DNA of 64,000 bases from Lama glama (lineage: Eukaryota). Below, in pieces: positions 11,501 through 24,132 of this stretch. The number at the start of each line of letters is the position of its first letter. Within the stretch, counting starts at the first letter, position 1. The stretch lies in assembly GCA_028534125.1 (NCBI GenBank), contig CM052816.1, positions 37,140,001 through 37,204,000 of the forward strand, in the 5' to 3' direction. The position numbers were made by a program, and so were the translations under genes. Under the pieces are notes generated by a model that ran no database searches, had not been told where the DNA came from, and saw only the letters and a program-made list of their open reading frames with translations.

Positions 11501-14500
11501 GTCTGTCTTTAGTGCCGGTAGTACAACGTAATGTGCCTCAGTGATTAATCTGCCAGCAGCATTAAGATGGAGGCGCCACTCTGCAGCAAGAGTGAAGAAT
11601 GAAGCAGAAATGCATAGACAAACAAACAAACAAACAAAAATAACAAATATCATCTTGATGAAATTTGAAAACCTGGTTCCCAGTAGATTCTAATATGAGT
11701 TAAATCCTTGCCTCAGATTCACTGAAAAACACTAAAATCTTGTCCATTCAAGATGGTTGAATGGGCTTCTGTCACTTGCAATGCAAAGAATCCTCATTTT
11801 GTGAAATGAAATTAGATGAAGAGTGATAATTATAGAATAAAAGGTCTAAAAATAAAGTAATTTGGGATTAAAGATTATAGTGAATAAATTAGCAATGAAT
11901 TAGAAAGTCCCATGTAGTTATGGCTTAAGTATATTCATATAAATATTTCCTATTAAGAAATATTTCATCTATAGAAGAAAACCATAGGCTAAGGTAATAG
12001 GCTAGAGCAGACAATTATGTATTACAATCCAAAAATGTTTAGAATTTACCGTTTTTCACCCATCTCTAATTTACTGCAGAGAACTCTTGTAAGTAGAGTC
12101 ACTGTTGCAAATTATGGCCTGTCAAGAATTGGATTAGTGAGATTCAGCAGTTTTCAATCCATTTTCTCATAATGACATCCCATTCACTTCCAATTTCAAT
12201 CTGTAAGTGCTATCTATATTTGTTTTATATTAATCGTCTGGCACCATTTCATGTTACAATAAAATTCTTTATTGATAACTTCTCCCAAAGAGCTTTTTGT
12301 ATGAGAATGCTACTTTGATTAATAAGAGCTAAGGCCTCTGCTAAATGTCCCTATTAATAATATACTGGAGGTGCTCTAAAGATGAATGTCAGTAGCCCTT
12401 TGGTCAGCACTTCATCTGACAAATATCTGTACCTCAACACACACAGCAATACACAGACATCAGCTGAACACCAAGACGGTAGTCAAATATCTGTCCTTAG
12501 ACACTGGAAAATAATTTTAATAAAGATACTTACTCAGTTTTTTAAAAATAATCAACTTGTTGTATGAAGAGGAAAGCATTAAACCACTGGCTGGCAAAGA
12601 TTAGAGTTTATCAGAGAAGTGATCAGAATAGCTCTTTTATTTTTGCTACATTTTTGAGCTTGGTTGAATAGGTAAGAAAAGGGATACCTAATAAATCTTT
12701 GTGCTTGCTCTAAGAGTTGAGGAAAAGCAGGCTAAATGTGAAATAGCATTACTTTTATTGTTTGTATAATTTAGAAGGAAAGAACAACCATCTACTCCCA
12801 CATACCTCAGTTATTCCTCTTTCTCTCAACACCCACTTTTCTTATTTAGGTTGAAATTATAAAATAGAGCAGAGGATTAAAGATCATTAAATGACTCTAA
12901 GAAATGCTGTGGGACTTCCATAGTAATTTTTAAACAATAAACACAAATTGATTATCACTACGGCCTGGTTTATTGGCTTCAATAAAAGAATCCATCTTTG
13001 TGAGAAATATGTTTTAAAGTGAACTTTATACTCTACCAATGTCATTAACACTACTTCAAATCAAATGTATAAATATTTCTTCTCTTTTACTAGTTTCCCC
13101 CCAGTCTTTTTCTTTTCTGTAAGTGTGAGCATTATTGAACACTAAGCATACCTCTCTTCTTTTTTGTATGCTTTCCAAAAGAATTTATGTTACACCAAGC
13201 CTTCAATACCATCAGTACAAATGACACAGATCTGTATCTGGAATATTCTTCTACTTTTAAATTTTATTGTAAAATTAGGGATATTCAACTTTGGGAATTA
13301 CACAACTATAAAATCCAATAGAAAACATATGCTTTAGTTCTTTTATGTTATAAAAGAGTCAATTATAGTAAAAAATAATGTGATAAATGAGAATCAGAAA
13401 CAAATGGAAATCTTTGCTTCTGTTATGTCACTTATTTTAAATTAGAACATGAAGTTACACCAAATAATAGAGTAATTCTTTTGAATATCAAATATTTGTA
13501 AGCAATAAGGTTAAATTTTTTAAAAAAATTTTTTGATCAAATGTCTCCTTTTAATTCACTCTTAGTCTAAGATTTATATAGTTTTTTGATGATGCTTGGA
13601 AATTATTTATCAATATATAGTAACGTTCTTATTAGCACAATTGGAACCCGTAGTTGGAAATTAACCTGAGATTAGAAATAAAAGTCAGACTGTTCCAAAA
13701 TCTATGGTAATATCTTCTAAAATCTGAAGAAAGGATGAAATGAATGGAGTAAGTAACATGATACTTCCCATGAAAACTGCAGGGTGTATTCAAGCTAAAA
13801 TGTGATCCTTTTAAAGCGTAAATTATCTTCATACAGCCAGATTATCACTAACACAAAAGTCTTACAAAAGAAATTATTGAAGTAATAAAAAATAAATCTG
13901 ACTTATTAATGTTCAACTTTATAAATATTACAAAATATAATCCAGTAATACTTTATAGACAAGGAAATATATCCCAGAAAGGCAAGAATAGATTATTTGT
14001 TCTAAATCTATTAATACAATTCAACTTACTAATTTGGAAAATGCAGCACAGGGGGAATTCATACAAGAAAACAAAACAACAAACATTATGGGGGCAAAAA
14101 GAGATTAAATAGACTTACCTAGAACTCAATGAAATACAAACTTAAAATAACATTTCATCTTCAATTTATTACAGATGGAAATGAATTATAATTAGTGACA
14201 CTGAGAGCTAAGATAAGTATATAATTTAACATTTTAGAGCAATTTGTCAATGTGTATATATAATGTATATATATATATATATGTTTTTATAATGAGTACA
14301 TTTTTTTTTTAAGAATTCTGCTAGAAATGTATTCTATGGAAGTAACTATTGATATGCTCAAATATTTAAACAATAATATTTTATTTGATTTAAAATAATA
14401 CAAAAGAATATTGGTTAAATAAAATAGATAGCTTACTTTCTATAATTTAATGATTTTGTTTAAGAATATTACACTAATTATTACATTGTACTCAGTGAAA

Positions 14501-14563
14501 AATTAAATCACTTACAAAGCCATATGCTTCCATATCTCCAAGGCAAAGAGCTGTATAATCCTG

Positions 14564-14564
<1 letters not shown>

Positions 14565-14595
<31 letters not shown>
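14565..14595. repeat. (CA)n microsatellite
   Basis: Direct reading. Confidence 0.95.
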
Positions 14596-14599
<4 letters not shown>

Positions 14600-15109
14600 C
14601 AAATGTTGGGAAAAAATTGCACATATGTGCTTTGTTCTGGGAAGAAGTTCTATAATTTTAATCAGCTTTTTAAAGGCAATTATAACCTCCAAAAATTCTA
14701 AATAACATTATATAATAACCAGGATGGTCTTGCAATTTAGAGAATATGAGCAATTTTAAATTTATTTTAGGGATATCCAATTTTATATTTTTTAAAATAA
14801 AAAATATATTATAATTTTTAAAGGAGTACTTACAATATATACTTATTGGTACCAAATGAATATCCGTACTTATTTGTACCAAATAATTCTAAATGTAAAC
14901 TTCAGACTAATGCTAGAGCCTGTTGTAAATGTTCCTTCAGTGTACATACAGACTTCTCTGTATTCACAAGCAATTCTTTTGAAATGCATTAAAAACTTAC
15001 TGAAACACATTTACCAATCCTCTTCCTATGGATTTTCTTGGAAATACTTCTGACTGTGTTTTGGTAATGATTATCATTAGTTAGTGGTACATGGTAGATG
15101 GTACAATGG

Positions 15110-15518
15110 GTATTAGCCCAGTTCCCCTGGGAAGCCAACACTAGCACATGATTAAATATATAAGCATTTCAATAACAGAAATGACTGTATGAGAGAAAAT
15201 AAGAAGGGAGCTGGACAGGCTGAGAGGGTCATGATTGTCTGACACTAAGTGCCATGAAGAAGAGAATGTTGGGTGGGAACATCTTAGACTGTTGTACAGT
15301 TTAAGACAGTTTTGGCAAGCCCTCTGGGAAGTCTTCAAGCTAAAGTTGATTGCTAGAGAAATTTGCTTATATCAGAAACAGGTCTGCCTTAGTATCTTTA
15401 TTGTACTGAGTCTTGATTGGGAGTGCTCACAGAATATGTGTGCTTGCAAAAATGTGGTAATGAATTTCAAAGTGCAGCAGCTGGGCCATTCCTTTATTAT
15501 ATTATCAAGGCTGCCATA
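15110..15518 (-). mobile_element. ERVL solo LTR, LTR16B-like
   Basis: Collinear with the recalled LTR16B consensus: gttgggtgggaacatcttagactg, ctgccttagtatc, gaatttcaaagtgcagcagctgggcc, terminal ggctgccata. Confidence 0.75.
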
Positions 15519-15989
15519 ATTAGTATATCTAAAATCTTACTTTAAAGTAATTAATATAACTTAATATATATATTTATTTCCATTAATTTATTTATATTTT
15601 ATATAATTATTTCTTTGTATTTATGCCTGTGGTATATATCAATATATATGCATACATATATGTATACATGATATGCATGCATAAATACATAGAAGCAAAT
15701 GATTACAAACATAGAAATAAATATTGATATTTAAATATATATGCTATATATATATACACACACACACATTCTTCTCAGATGCAACATCTACTTAAGTTCT
15801 GCCTGAAATCTTAAAAGAGCAGTGTATCATTGTCTATGACTAATTACAGGTTTTAGAATATATAAACATTTTATGTACTGTGTAAAGTTCAAAATAGAAA
15901 AAATGGTTGTTTCACATGCTTTAGAAATTCAAAGTTTCTCCTGAGAAAATAATGATTATAAATATCATTTGCATAAGAAACAGAGAAAT

Positions 15990-16971
15990 GGGGAAGTAGC
16001 CAAGATGATGGAATAGTAAGACTCTGAATTTACCTCCTCCCATGGACATACCAAAATTACAACTACTTACAGGGAAATAATGTACAATCTACCTCAGGGA
16101 AAACCTGAAGACTAGCAGAAAAGATTCCCACAACTAAGCACAACATAAAGAAATAAGCACAAGAAAAGTAGGAGGGGCAGAGATGTGATCTAGTCAGGAC
16201 TCACACCCTGGGTCAGTGATCCGCAAACTGGAGGACTATCACAGTCATAGAGCTCCCTGGAATCATAATGGCCTAGAAGAAAACATAGGCAGTAAACTTT
16301 TTTACACTGGTCTTAACAATATTTTGGGGGCCTGTTTCCTCAGGCAAGAGCAACAAAAGCAAAAATAAACAAAAGGGACCACATCAAACCAAAAAGCTTT
16401 TGTACAGAAAAGGAAATGATCAACAAAATGAAAAGGGAGTCCACTGAATGAGATAAGTTACTAGCAAGAGCATATTTGATAAGTGATTAATATATAAAAT
16501 ATACAAAGAACTCCTACAACTCAACATAAAAAATCTCATTTAAAAAATGGGCAATGGGCCTGAATAGACATTTTTCACATTAAGTTATACCTATGGCCAA
16601 CAGAAACATGAAAAAATACTCAACACCAGTAATCAGCAAGGAAATGTAAATCAAAGCACATGAGATACCATCTCACATGTGTTAAAATGTTTATCATCAA
16701 AAAGACAACAAATATCAAGGGTTTGCTAAAATGTGGAAAAAAGGTAAATTGGTGCAGCCCTTATGGAAAATGGTGTGGATGTCCTTCAAAAAATTAAAAA
16801 ATAAAACTGCCATATGATTTAGCAATTTCATATGTATTTGTTTATACAAAGAAAACAGAAACATTTATTTGAAAAGGTATGTGCACACCAGTGTTCACTG
16901 CAGTATTATTTACTATAGCCTAGATGTAGAAGCATCTTAAGTGTCTAAAGATAGGTGAATGGGTATAGAAG

Positions 16972-17012
<41 letters not shown>

Positions 17013-17470
17013 AATATTACTCTGCCACAAAAAATGAAATCTGGCCATTTGCAACATGGATGGCTTTAAAGGGTATCATGCTAAATGAAATATTTCAGAC
17101 AGAGAAAGAAAATTGCTATATAATCACAATTCTATGTGGATTCTAAGAAACTAACATAAACAAAAAGATTCCTTGATATAGACAACAAAACGTGGTTGAC
17201 AGAGCAGAGGCGGGTATGGGAACAAAATAGATGAAGAGAATTAAGAGGTATAAACCACCAGTTATTAAAAAAAACCCAGTTATAAAATAAAGTAATATAC
17301 AGCATAAGGAATATGGTCAGTAATGCTGTAATATCTGTGTATGGAGACAAATGGTTCTTAGCCTTATCACAGTGACTATTTGATAATGTAAGCAAATGTC
17401 AAATCACTATGTAGTGTACCTGAAACTAACATAATATTGTACATTGATTGTGTTTCAATTTTTAAAAACA
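15990..17470 (+). mobile_element. Internally deleted LINE-1: ~265 bp of 5' UTR fused to the ORF2 C-terminus and 3' UTR
   Basis: 5' end ggggaagtagccaagatgatggaatagtaagactctgaatttacctcctcccatggacataccaaaattacaact is an L1 5' start. At ~16257 it switches to cctagaagaaaacataggc (late ORF2). The 3' UTR ends ...gtacctgaaactaacataatattgtacattgattgtgtttcaatt. Confidence 0.82.
16974..17010. repeat. (CA)n microsatellite inside the L1 3' region
   Basis: Direct reading. Confidence 0.95.
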
Positions 17471-19092
17471 GGAATAGAAAAATGTATCCATGTTAGCATG
17501 TAGAATAGTAGTCGATTTCAAAGAGAATCTTTACTTAACTTAAAAAAATGACTACCGTTCAAGTCCATGTGCTGTAAGTTTCTATTTATTGTTTCTTTTG
17601 TTTTGGCATTTCTTTTGTAGGAAATGTATCCATTTCAATTAACCAAATTTAATAACATAAAAATTTTATAGTGTTGTATTTTAAATCTCCATTGTCACAG
17701 TAATTTTATGTTCTTTTGTTCTATACTTTATCTTCAGCAGTCTTGTCAAAACAACACAAAAACTTGAACAATCTTCAACTGCATTACTTGTTTTTAATCT
17801 TTGTGATTGTTTTTGTTTTTTATTTTATTGATTTCTATCCTTATATCTTCTTTTGTTTCTTTGATTTCATGCTGTTCTTTTTGCAATTTCTGTAGGTGTT
17901 TTAATTTTCTCTTTCTTGTGTTCTGATACATTGAAAGTGAAGTCTTCTATATATTAACATTTGCAGTTTTGCAGTTTTTATGTGATCACTGTCTGCATGC
18001 ATGTTCAGAGGCTGGAGTGATGACATAAAAATGTGTCTAGCTGAATATCAGGGTACATGTTTTAGTCTTTTAAATGGATAGAAAATAGACTATGGACCAT
18101 TGAAGGCTTTTAGCTGTCTCTTACTGACCCCTCTCAACTTGTTAAGTAGCAAATCAGAAAACGTATATGATTTTATGGTAATTGGTACTGGATAATTTTC
18201 ATCATCATTGATGCAATTGGGACGTCATTCTGTTCAGAGTGAATGCCGGGGATAATTAAAATCAGTAAGAAGAGTATTTTTAGCATGCTCAGCATATACA
18301 AACTGATTAATGTGTTCAAACTATATTTAATATTTTCAAAGTGTTCCAATATGTTTTGTTATAGGAATCATGAAAATGAAAAAAAAAATCCTAGAGTAAA
18401 AAAATTCCAGTTAATAAATTTGAAGTGTTCATATTTGGGTCTGGATCTATATTATATTGTTGTAGAGCCAAATCTATTTCTTTTTTGTTACCTGACATTC
18501 TTAATTAAGTGGTAAATGCAAATGTCTTTAAAATTAAGAACTTATTGACTCAGTTTGTGGGAATGCTACTGGCTCAAAAAAACTCAGAATTTATTTACAG
18601 TAGGTTTTTCCTTGAAACTTGTTTCTTGACCTTAGCAATTTCCTTCTCATCCTGTGCTTCAAGGAGTCAATGCAACTACAGTACGTGGTTGCCTGGATAC
18701 ATGTGCAGACACTGCCTGATGAAAGTGCAGTGTAGCAGCTTGATTTGTCATCAAAATGGAGAAATCTTGAGGGAAAAGTGATGTGGTGAGTGCAACTAGA
18801 ATTTAAAAATGCTGCTTATCCTGTAAGTTAACAAAACAAAATTTTTAGAAAGTTGGTACCATGCATGTGTGTGTGTTATCTGTATACTGAAATATGGTTG
18901 TATAAGTACATATTTCTAATGTGAAAACTACATGGGAAGAAATAACAATTTATAACAGTTTATAATTGATATTTGCTAAAAAGTTTGTGTTTCCTATATA
19001 GAATCAGCAGATAATAAAGTTACATTATTTCCAGGATTAGTCTGTCATACCTGCTTTAGTCTTATCATTTTAATAGTGTAGTAACAATTGAC

Positions 19093-19218
19093 TTTTTAAA
19101 ATTTATTTTTATTGAGGTAACATTGGTTTATAAAATTATGTTTCATCTGTACAATATTATATTTCTACTTCTGTATATTCTACAGTGTGCTCACCACCAA
19201 AAATTTAGTTTCCATCCT
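19093..19218 (-). mobile_element. Short LINE-1 3' tail
   Basis: ttttattgaggtaacattggtttataaaattatg...gtgctcaccaccaaaaatttagtttccatc, an antisense L1 3' terminus. Confidence 0.7.
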
Positions 19219-21244
19219 TATTTTTCATAGTTAACATATATTACCATTACAAAATTTCCAGAAGAATCTTACATAACCTGTGATCACTGAGCTTAGAATT
19301 TGTTTTATCCACAACATCTCCAAAACAGACATCATTTTGAAAAAGTACTTACTGAAGAGAATTTTTAAATGAACTTCACCCTTATGAGCCTATGACTATG
19401 TAATGTGAAGTATCCACTAGTTAGAGTTCTCTGGAAGATGGAGTTCTCTGCAGTCCTAGAAGATATTCAAAGCATTGCATAATATTTATCTATACGAGCA
19501 AGATTTTTTAAGAAATTTTGAATTATTTTTATAGCATTGATACTATATATAAGTCCTTAGATAATAAACTAAAGTACCATTGTTTATTTCTAATTATAAC
19601 ATGATTAATTTTGTTGCATAGAATTCTTCTTAATTTTGTAGTTTTATAGTTTTTTTTTAACCTATTAACTTTTAATGGAATGAATGTGGTTAAAGATGAT
19701 TGATAAAGAGGGCTAAAAAATGAGAGGGAAAAGAGATTAAAATTTTTAGTGAACTGGGAAATGAAAATTTTAAAGGAGATGTGAGGTGACTTATGGGTCA
19801 TTTACTGTTTAAAAATTGCAGACCTTTGTAAATTAAATTCCCTCAGTGCTCCACCCTTGCCATATTATTAGAAAACGAAAATATACAAATCTAATCTTTT
19901 CTAAGATAGAAAAACTCTTACAGAATTACAAGTTGTAAGGAATTTCTGTGTCAAAATCTTACATAACATATAGACATTTAATTGAGGATATTAATTTCTG
20001 TACTCTAGATGCTGACACATAACCATTTAACATTCATGTCATTGACAGATATTTATTTCACCACTGCAAGATATAACATATAAAAATTTAATTATAGATA
20101 TTCATTTCCTTCTTTTAGCCTTGATATATACCCTTTTAACTCTCACATCATAGATATATATTTTTTCACCAAGGCAAGCTGTGAAATGTTAAAATTTAAC
20201 CGCATTCATTGCCTCGTTCTAATTTCATGCACATAAAAAAGTCACCAAATTTTAGACAAACAGCTATTTTATTGCCAAATACTTATAATAAAATGATATT
20301 TTCAACCATTAGTAAGTGAATATTTCATCTTTTAAGGATAACTGTAACTATAAACTTAGATGTGACCAATTATCTAACAATAAACAATATGAAACTGAAA
20401 TAATTTAATACAACTTCAAAAATAAAACTTAGATTTTTTGTCAAAATGAAGCATATGTGTTATAAAATGTCAAACAACAGGAAAAAAGCACACAAAGTTA
20501 AATTCATACCAAATTCCTAATATTTGAAGATGGTCTTACAAGTTTTATTTACATTATAGACATTTCTCTTCTGTACTAAAAGAGATATAAACATAGAGAT
20601 AGATAGGTAGGTAGGTAGATATAGAAAGAATACTGCTTTAGAAAAATGTGATTAAAATGCCATTGCATTTAAACAAAGAAAATGAAGCTAAAGACAAAGT
20701 GGAAAAATTAATGAATTTCAGCTAAAACTTGATTTACTACAGAGATACAGTTACTAAAAAATCTGTTTACATTTAGAAAACATACCCAGAACTGTGTAGC
20801 TGCACACTGGAGCGGCAGAGAGAGCACTTAAACACTGGTATCTATGTCTCACCCTCATAAATTCTTACTTAGTTTCTCTAGGAGAATGTGGCTGGATTAT
20901 CAAGAGTTTTAAATATGGTTACAGTGTAAAATCAGAGTTGAGAATGCCTGCTCTAAAGCACAGAAAGTTATACTGAAAATTGTGTTATGTAAAATTATAA
21001 ACAGCTGTAACTCTTGTAATATTAAATATGTTTTAACAATATGAAAGTATACACTGATAAAAAAAGAAAAGAAATTGGCAGATTTATACTTCTGTTATTA
21101 CTCTCTCACCTTCTTACTTTTTTCACTTTAACAACTAGGAATGAAGTATAATGAAACAATCGTCATTGTTGTTTAATCTTAGTTAACTATTTGAATTGGT
21201 TCAATGACCACAGATGCACTTTCAGTATTGCTTCCTGTTCTCTC

Positions 21245-23762
21245 TTTGTTTTCTGCTCTTTATTGAAGTATAGCTGACTTACAATATTATATTAGTTTCA
21301 GGTGTACAACATAGTGATTCAATATTTTAATACATTATACTTCACTTAAAGTTATTATAAAATATGGGCTATATTCCCTGTACTGTACATTGCAATCTTG
21401 TATTTTACTCATTTTCTGCATAGTAGTTATACCTCTTAATCTCCTACCCCTGTCTTGTCCATCCCCCATCTCTCTCCCCACTGGTAACCACTAGTTTGTT
21501 TTCTGTTAACTGTAAGTCTGTTTCTGTTTTATAATTTATTTTCTTTTAGATTCCACATTTAAGTGAAAATGTACATATTCACCTTTGTCAGACTTACTTC
21601 ACTAAGCATAATATACTCTAGGTTAATCCATATTGTTGCAAATGGCAAAATTTCATTTTTGATGGCAGAGTAATATATATATATATATTAATATATGGTG
21701 GAGTAATATATATATGGCACTTCTTTATCCCTTCATCTGCTGGTAGACACTTAGATTGCTTTCATATCTTGACTATTGTAAATCATGCTGTGATAAACAC
21801 TGGAAAGCATGTATCTTTTTGAATTAGTGCTTTTATTTTCTTCAGATATATACCCAGGAATGGAATTGCTGGATAATATGGTAGTTCTTTTTTTAATTTT
21901 TTGAGAAACCTCTATACTGTTTTCCATGAAGTCTTCACCATCTTACATTCCCACCAGCGGTGTTGGAGGGTTCTGTTTTCCCCACATCCTAACCAACACT
22001 TGTTATTTCTTGTCTTTTTATGATAGCCATTCTGACAAGTGTGAGTTGATATCTCATTATGGTTTTGATTTGAATTTCCCTGGAAAATAGAGATGTTGAG
22101 CATCTTTTAACATGCCTGTTGTATATCTGTATGTCTTCTTTGGAAAAATGTCTATTCAGGACTTCTGCCCATTTTTCAATTAGGTTGTTTGTTCCCTTCA
22201 TATTGAGTTGTATGAGCTATGTATATAATTTGGATATTAACCCCATATCAGACATATCTTTTGCAAAGATTTTCTCCAAATCAGTAAGTTTCTTTTCTTT
22301 TTTTTTTTTTGATGCTTTCATTTGCTGTGTAAAAGCTTTTAATATAATCAGATCCCATTTGTTTATTTTGCTTTTGTTTCCCTTGCCTGAGGAGACAGAT
22401 CCAAAAAATATTGCTAAGCCTTCTGTAAAAGAATGTACTACTTTTATATTTTCTTCTAGGATTTTTAGCTTTTTGATCTTATATTTCGATCTTTAGTCCA
22501 TTTTGAATTTATTTTTGTATATGGTGTGAGAAAATGTTCTAATTTTGTTCTTTACATGTAGCTGTCCAGTTTCACCCACACCACTTATTGAAGAGAGTAT
22601 TGTTTCACCATTGTATGTTTTGGCCTCTTTTTTCATAGCTTATTTGACCATATATGTTAGGATTTTCTCTGGCCTTTATATTCTGTTTCATTGATCTGTG
22701 TATCTCTTTTTGTGCCAGGACTATATTTTGATGACCATATGTTTGTAGTATAATCTGAAGTTAGGGAGCATGACACGTCCAGATTTGTTCTTTTTTCTCA
22801 ATATTCCACTAGCTATTTTGGGGCTTTTCTTTTTTCTCAAGATTTTATTAGCTATTTGTTGTTCTGTATAAATTTGGGGATTATTTGTTCTAGTTTTGTG
22901 AATAATATCACAGGTATTTTGATAGGAATTTCATTATACTTGTAGATTGGTTTGGGTAGTATGGACATTTTAACAATATTATTTTTTTAATCAATTAACA
23001 TGGGATATCTTTCCATTTATTTGTATCATCTTCAATTTCCTTCATCAATGTCTTACAGTTTTCAGAATATAGATCTTTGCCCTCCTTGGGCAAGTTTATT
23101 CCTAGATATTTCAATCTTTTTGATGTGATTTTAAACACAATTGTTTTCTTGCTTTCTCTCTTTGTGGTAATTCATTATTAGTGTATAGAAAAGCAACAGA
23201 TTTTTGTTTATTAATCTTGTATCCTGCATATTTATTGATTAATTTATTCTAATAGCTTTGTCATAAATGGTCTTCATTATGTTGAGGTATATTCCATCTA
23301 TACCCACTTAGCTGAGAGTTTTTGTCATAACTAGATGTTGAATTTTGACAAATGTCTTTCAGCAACTATTGAGATGATCATATCATTTTTATTCTGTATT
23401 TTATTCGTGGGTTGTATCACATTGATTTATTTGCAGATATTGAACTATCCTTGCATTTCTGGAATAAATCTCACTTGCTCATGATGCATGATACTTTTTA
23501 TATTTTATTGAATTCAGTTTGCTAATGTTTTCAGGATTTTTGCATCTATATTCACTAGAGATATTGGCCTATAATTTTTATTTGTATTGTCTGTCTGGTT
23601 TTGGTATCAGTATAGTGGTGGCCTTATAGAATAAATTTAGGAGTGTTTTCTACTCTTCAATTTCTATATTTTGAGCAATATAGGTATTAACTCTTTTTTT
23701 TTATATATGTTTTGTAGAATTCACCTGTGAGGTCATCTGGTCCTGAACTTTTATCTGCTAGG
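21245..23762 (-). mobile_element. 5'-truncated LINE-1 (~2.5 kb; 3' UTR plus ORF2 3' half)
   Basis: ORF 21989..22201(-) [57 protein letters not shown] is L1 ORF2p. The 3' terminus tttattgaagtatagctgacttacaatattatattagtttcaggtgtacaac is typical. Confidence 0.93.
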
Positions 23763-24132
23763 GGGAGGACAAGAACCCATGCAGCACAACACAGTGGTTA
23801 TATTCAGGAACAGCGTAAACAAGCATGGATTGTGGGAGGCTGGCTTTGTAGTAATGAAAGAATAGGTGACATCTGGTTCCTGCGGGAAGTTTTGATTGGA
23901 TTGTTTGAGTAATTTCACTGGCTGGTGGGGAAGTGAAGCTCATTAAGTTAAGGACCCAGTGAAGTATAGCTGATCTGGCTGATAATAGAGCTAGCTGAAT
24001 GGGGAGACATTCCCCCCGGATACAGGGCATATTCTTTGAAAGTCGGTAAATTGTGGTTAGGCCTTTGGGACTCTATGATACTCAATGATGTCAAGGTAGC
24101 AATAATATTGAATCTTAATTTTAGGCCTTACA
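23763..24132 (-). mobile_element. Partial ERVL LTR, MER54-like
   Basis: Minus strand begins tgtaaggcctaaaattaagattcaatattattgctaccttgacatc, matching the recalled MER54 5' end. It is truncated at the L1 boundary. Confidence 0.65.

Noticed and set aside
11301..11653. Overlapping 76-aa and 108-aa ORFs
   Set aside because: They are open only because of the GA-rich low-complexity tract.
18015..18050. C/D box snoRNA-like GTGATGA...CTGA
   Set aside because: Boxes too close together, no terminal stem and no recognisable guide.
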